From NCBI GenBank assembly GCA_902602185.1, contig CACKPV010000001.1, positions 46,785 through 110,784 on the forward strand: 64,000 nucleotides of DNA. Direction: 5' to 3'. This DNA comes from an uncultured SAR86 cluster bacterium. GTDB lineage: Bacteria > Pseudomonadota > Gammaproteobacteria > Magnimaribacterales > D2472. The translations under genes were made by a program, and so were the position numbers. The notes below the pieces were generated by a model. That model made no database searches, had not been told where the DNA came from, and was given only the letters and a program-made list of their open reading frames with translations. Below, in pieces: positions 60,887 to 64,000 of the stretch; position 1 is the stretch's first letter, and each line of letters starts with the position of its first letter.

Positions 60887-61330
60887 TTATATCCAACGTC
60901 TCACTTTGGAACAATACTCGTCATAATCTGCAAACTTTTCTTTCATTACTGCTTCCTCTGGAAGAATTTGAAAAATTGTTATGTAAATCATAAACAATGC
61001 AACAATAGGAAGTGTTAGCCAAGCACCAAAAATAAAACCAAAACCAATAAGTATTTCACTCATACCAAGATACATTGGATTACGGGAAAAAGTAAAAGGG
61101 CCCTCGACGACAAGCATCGAAGCTTGATCAGGATCGACCGGGTTAACTGTGGTGCCCACTTTACGAAATACTCTCACTGATGCAATTAAGATACCAAGCC
61201 CGCTTAAAATAAGAAAAATCCCAATTACACTTTGGTATGCCAACTCAAAAGGTGTAATTAGAGAATTAGATAAATATAAAATACCTACAAAGATCAATGT
61301 CACTATCGGGGGTGGAATTTTTGTTTGCAT
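60887..61330 (-). CDS. ICMT/PEMT-type small membrane methyltransferase family protein
   Basis: 147 aa, 4 TM, with the family block GPFTFSRNPMYLG. Its stop codon directly abuts the P450 start codon. Confidence 0.7.
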   Translation of the reverse strand: MQTKIPPPIVTLIFVGILYLSNSLITPFELAYQSVIGIFLILSGLGILIASVRVFRKVGTTVNPVDPDQASMLVVEGPFTFSRNPMYLGMSEILIGFGFIFGAWLTLPIVALFMIYITIFQILPEEAVMKEKFADYDEYCSKVRRWI

Positions 61331-61350
61331 CTCAAAATTATAGCAAAAAC

Positions 61351-62235
61351 TTAAATTGTTAAAATAGCTTCAACTAAAGCTTGAGGTTGATTTTCTTGCG
61401 AAAAATGACCGGCATTTATAATTTGATGCATCCTGTCTTTGGCACCAGGCACAATATCAATAAAGTTTTTTTCTGCACCAATGAAAGCTTCATCATGAGT
61501 CCCAAAAACAGTAATCGTAGGTTGTGAAAAGCCTCTCAATTTCTCCCAAGCAAGCACATTCTCTTGTGCCTCAGGATCACTAGCAATCAAGGGAAACAAT
61601 CGCGGAAACACCCGAGGTCCAACCTTATACGATTCATCAGGAAAGGGTGCGTTATATGCAGCTATTTCATCTGCATCTAGAGCCTTCATACTGCCTTGGT
61701 TAACAATTTTACCGCAATTAAAGTTTTCCACTTGTTGACTAAATGCTAGCCATTGCATAAAACCCTTCGTAGCTCCCTGCCCCACTGGCAAATCCGAATT
61801 TGAGACCACTAATCCAGAGAACCTATCTTGATGATGCGCTAAAATCCTTAATCCAATCAACCCGCCCCAATCCTGAGCAAATAAAATGATATTTTTAAGA
61901 TCTAACGCTTCGATCAGACATTGCACCCAAGCAACGTGATTCTCATAACTGTAATGCTCAGCTGTGATCAATTTATCTGATTTACCAAATCCAATTAAAT
62001 CTGGAGCAATCACCCGTTTCCCCCCATCGACTAAGGGTGTAATCATATGTCGATACAGATATGACCATGTTGGCTCACCATGCAGTAATAAAACTACCTC
62101 CTCTTGATTACTTCCTTCATCGAGATAATGCATTTGTAACTGATGTCCTTGAAATAGAATTGTCAGATAGTTAGGTGCAAAATTAAAATCTTTGAGGTTT
62201 TCAAAGTACTTCTCAGGTGTGCGTAAAACTTTCAC
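61351..62235 (-). CDS. haloalkane dehalogenase (HLD-I / DhlA-like alpha/beta hydrolase)
   Basis: 294 aa with HGEPTWSYLYR, nucleophile elbow QDWGG (Asp-Trp), a cap-domain Trp (FMQWLAF), an acid in GTHDEAF and a His in AGHFSQE. Apparent GTG start. Confidence 0.85.
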   Translation of the reverse strand: MKVLRTPEKYFENLKDFNFAPNYLTILFQGHQLQMHYLDEGSNQEEVVLLLHGEPTWSYLYRHMITPLVDGGKRVIAPDLIGFGKSDKLITAEHYSYENHVAWVQCLIEALDLKNIILFAQDWGGLIGLRILAHHQDRFSGLVVSNSDLPVGQGATKGFMQWLAFSQQVENFNCGKIVNQGSMKALDADEIAAYNAPFPDESYKVGPRVFPRLFPLIASDPEAQENVLAWEKLRGFSQPTITVFGTHDEAFIGAEKNFIDIVPGAKDRMHQIINAGHFSQENQPQALVEAILTI

Positions 62236-62357
62236 TGTTTGATAGTAACATTTTAGGAGTAATGGAGGGATTTATAGCTTCATCACTGCCAACAATCATC
62301 ATCCTCGATAACTCTTGGAATTTGGATTTTTATGCAAATTAATTTTTTTGACTAGGT

Positions 62358-62495
62358 CTATTTTGTTTCTAAACCATCAAGTTTTTTTTCGATTTCATCC
62401 AATTTAGCTAGTATTTGATGAAAAAAATTCCTTGCTTCTGTCGGACATTTTTCAAAAAAATGCTCGCTCAATTTCATTAAGTCTTCATCTTTCAT
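62358..62495 (-). CDS. candidate small ORF (45 aa, helical, unknown function)
   Basis: Below the ORF-track cutoff; translated by hand as MKDEDLMKLSEHFFEKCPTEARNFFHQILAKLDEIEKKLDGLETK. Protein-like amphipathic composition, no Shine-Dalgarno. It occupies most of the only sizeable gap between tRNA-Leu and the dehalogenase gene. Confidence 0.3.
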   Translation of the reverse strand: MKDEDLMKLSEHFFEKCPTEARNFFHQILAKLDEIEKKLDGLETK

Positions 62496-62514
62496 AAATG
62501 TATTTTAACAAATT

Positions 62515-62599
62515 TGGTAGGGATGGAGGGAGTCGAACCCCCACGCCTTGCGGCACTTGGTTCTAAGCCAAGCATGTCTACCAGTTCCATCACATCCCC
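62515..62599 (-). tRNA. tRNA-Leu (TAG)
   Basis: 85-nt type II cloverleaf with a long variable arm (TGCCGCAAGGCGT), anticodon loop CTTAGAA and encoded CCA. The acceptor top pair reads G1-U72. Confidence 0.88.
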
Positions 62600-62628
62600 A
62601 AAACTGAATCGTGATTATAGGCTTTGTT

Positions 62629-62841
62629 TTATACGATGCCAAGCATGCTCAAAGCAATGAAAATACTGAGCAAAGTTAAGATTAAATAAACGACGAATTC
62701 ACTATTGCGATTAAAGTTATAAGCATTGTAGGTCATGCCACTGAAAATGATTGGTAAGATCACAATAAAAATGCCACCGATGAGGATAACAAAGGGTATA
62801 AAGGCTAAGAACACCAAAATTTGTAATAAATATCTATTCAT
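62629..62841 (-). CDS. hypothetical small 2-TM membrane protein
   Basis: 70 aa with two hydrophobic helices. Its start overlaps the upstream coiled-coil gene stop by 8 nt. Confidence 0.5.
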   Translation of the reverse strand: MNRYLLQILVFLAFIPFVILIGGIFIVILPIIFSGMTYNAYNFNRNSEFVVYLILTLLSIFIALSMLGIV

Positions 62842-63466
62842 TAGTTGAGGGTGTTGGGCTGGCTTCAGGCTCTTCGTTATTGATAGAATTTTGAATCTCT
62901 AAGAGCAGTTGGTTGTTTTGAGCACGATAGGCTTCCAAAGCTTGCAAAGATTCTTCAATAAATAGAATCTGTCGCTGGAGCTGCTGCACATCAACAGCTA
63001 TTGAGTTGGTAGAGCCCTCAAGATTATCAAGATTAGCAGTCTTGAGGTTGAGGGTGCCCACTGCTTGTTGCAACTGTGGAAGAACTTCGTCAATAACAAG
63101 TTGAATGGAGGCAATGATCTCATTTACTTTAGCTAACTCTGTAGTAAGAGTAGCTATGTTTACTTTGTTGCGTTTGTTGCTTAAATCCCATAATAAACGA
63201 ATTTGTTCGTCTAAAAATTGCAGTTCTGTGCCTACCTCGCCAATGGAATCTGATGAAACTTCATCGAGCAGCAATAGTTGTTCTTCGATCAAGCCTATTC
63301 TTTCATCTAAAGGATCATAGATATTGTCGATTTTGGAAATTGTTTGTTCAGAGCGCAAACCGAGAAATAAAATTCCTGATAGAATCAACACAAAAACCAC
63401 CCCAAGGAATAAATTACTACTTCTTTTGGGTTGGAAACCAATACTATCTTCTTTATTAACCTTCAT
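62834..63466 (-). CDS. hypothetical membrane-anchored coiled-coil protein
   Basis: 210 aa with a single N-terminal TM (LFLGVVFVLILSGILFLGL), then heptad-like Leu/Gln/Glu-rich sequence and a Pro/Ser/Thr tail. Confidence 0.55.
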   Translation of the reverse strand: MKVNKEDSIGFQPKRSSNLFLGVVFVLILSGILFLGLRSEQTISKIDNIYDPLDERIGLIEEQLLLLDEVSSDSIGEVGTELQFLDEQIRLLWDLSNKRNKVNIATLTTELAKVNEIIASIQLVIDEVLPQLQQAVGTLNLKTANLDNLEGSTNSIAVDVQQLQRQILFIEESLQALEAYRAQNNQLLLEIQNSINNEEPEASPTPSTNE

Positions 63467-63549
63467 CTTAGGAGTTTTTATCTGTTTTCAAAAGTAATAT
63501 AATTTCAAAAGTTTGTAAAACTAATTGTATCAACAAAAAATAAAAAATT

Positions 63550-64000
63550 ATGAATCTTGATTTTTCGAACGATCAAAAATTGCTTCAAGATGAAGCTAGT
63601 AAGTTCTTGATAAAAGAAGAAGCTTTGAAAGCTAGTCGTGCTGTGATGGAGACTAAAAGTAATTATGATCCAGAACTGTGGCAGAAAATTGTGCAGTTGG
63701 GCTGGACCGGTATTAGGATACCTGAAGAATTTGGAGGTTTGGGTTTAGGTCACCTTGAACTTTGTGTTATTGCTGAAGAACTTGGGCGCCAATTAGCTCC
63801 AGTGCCCTTCTCATCTTCCGTTTATTTATTTACAGAAGCTTTGTTAGAGTTTGCATCTGAAGAGCAAAAAACACAGATTCTGCCACAACTAGTCAGTGGT
63901 GAAGTTGTCGGTACCTTTGCAATGGCAGAAACCGCAGCTGCACCCACAGAACAAAATCTTGTGGTTAATTATGCAGATGGAAAGTTATCTGGAAAGAAAA
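63550..64000 (+). CDS. acyl-CoA dehydrogenase family protein, 3'-truncated by window edge
   Basis: Not in the ORF track because it has no stop. ATG at 63550 opens MNLDFSNDQKLLQDEASKFL..., which has the ACAD N-terminal domain pattern (WQKIVQLGWTGIRIPEEFGGLG), and it stays open to the window end. Confidence 0.75.
   Translation, partial: MNLDFSNDQKLLQDEASKFLIKEEALKASRAVMETKSNYDPELWQKIVQLGWTGIRIPEEFGGLGLGHLELCVIAEELGRQLAPVPFSSSVYLFTEALLEFASEEQKTQILPQLVSGEVVGTFAMAETAAAPTEQNLVVNYADGKLSGKK

Noticed and set aside
62262-62342. 9-nt match (ATGGAGGGA at 62262-62270) to the tRNA-Leu 3' half (62523-62531), considered as a possible att-site remnant, plus a 26-codon ORF after AGGAG.
   Set aside because: A 9-mer match is expected by chance at this window size. 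The enclosed 250 bp has no integrase or cargo. The AGGAG-to-ATG spacing of 2 nt is too short for a functional ribosome-binding site.
62515-62599. G1-U72 wobble at the top of the tRNA-Leu acceptor stem, considered as a sign of a pseudogene.
   Set aside because: All other stems, the conserved D and T loop residues, the long variable arm and the CCA end are intact. A single G-U pair is compatible with function.

Overview
Compact, AT-rich bacterial chromosome segment. I call about 70 protein-coding genes and 7 tRNA genes, all of the tRNAs on the minus strand. I found no rRNA, transposase, integrase, CRISPR array or prophage genes. Gene content and order point to a streamlined marine gammaproteobacterium, possibly SAR86-like; that lineage call is inference from synteny and composition only. 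The supporting blocks are tig-clpP-clpX-lon-hupB-ppiD, rnhA-dnaQ, purM-purN flanked by conserved unknowns, hda, recX-dnaX-recR-dcd, ibpA and dsbD. About 85 percent of the window is ordinary housekeeping: proteostasis, replication and repair, purine and folate metabolism, envelope and thiol-redox functions, and transporters. The accessory-looking part is 50.3-62.3 kb. It carries two acyl-CoA dehydrogenases, a LysR regulator, an SDR and several unknown membrane proteins. It also holds a co-directional string of TonB-dependent receptor, MFS transporter, cytochrome P450, small ICMT/PEMT-type membrane methyltransferase and haloalkane dehalogenase. I do not recognise that string as a described pathway, so it is my best candidate for an uncharacterised system; its function is inferred, not shown. 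Secondary observations: an A10 slippery run in dnaX right after domain III with stops in both alternative frames; no ybaB between dnaX and recR; a PgsA-like gene translationally coupled to hda; a sigma32-like promoter and structured leader at ibpA; a peptide ABC importer with no ATPase genes; extreme packing with overlapping convergent gene ends; and a small unknown membrane/coiled-coil gene pair next to tRNA-Leu. All family assignments come from motifs read by eye in the ORF translations. No database search was run.
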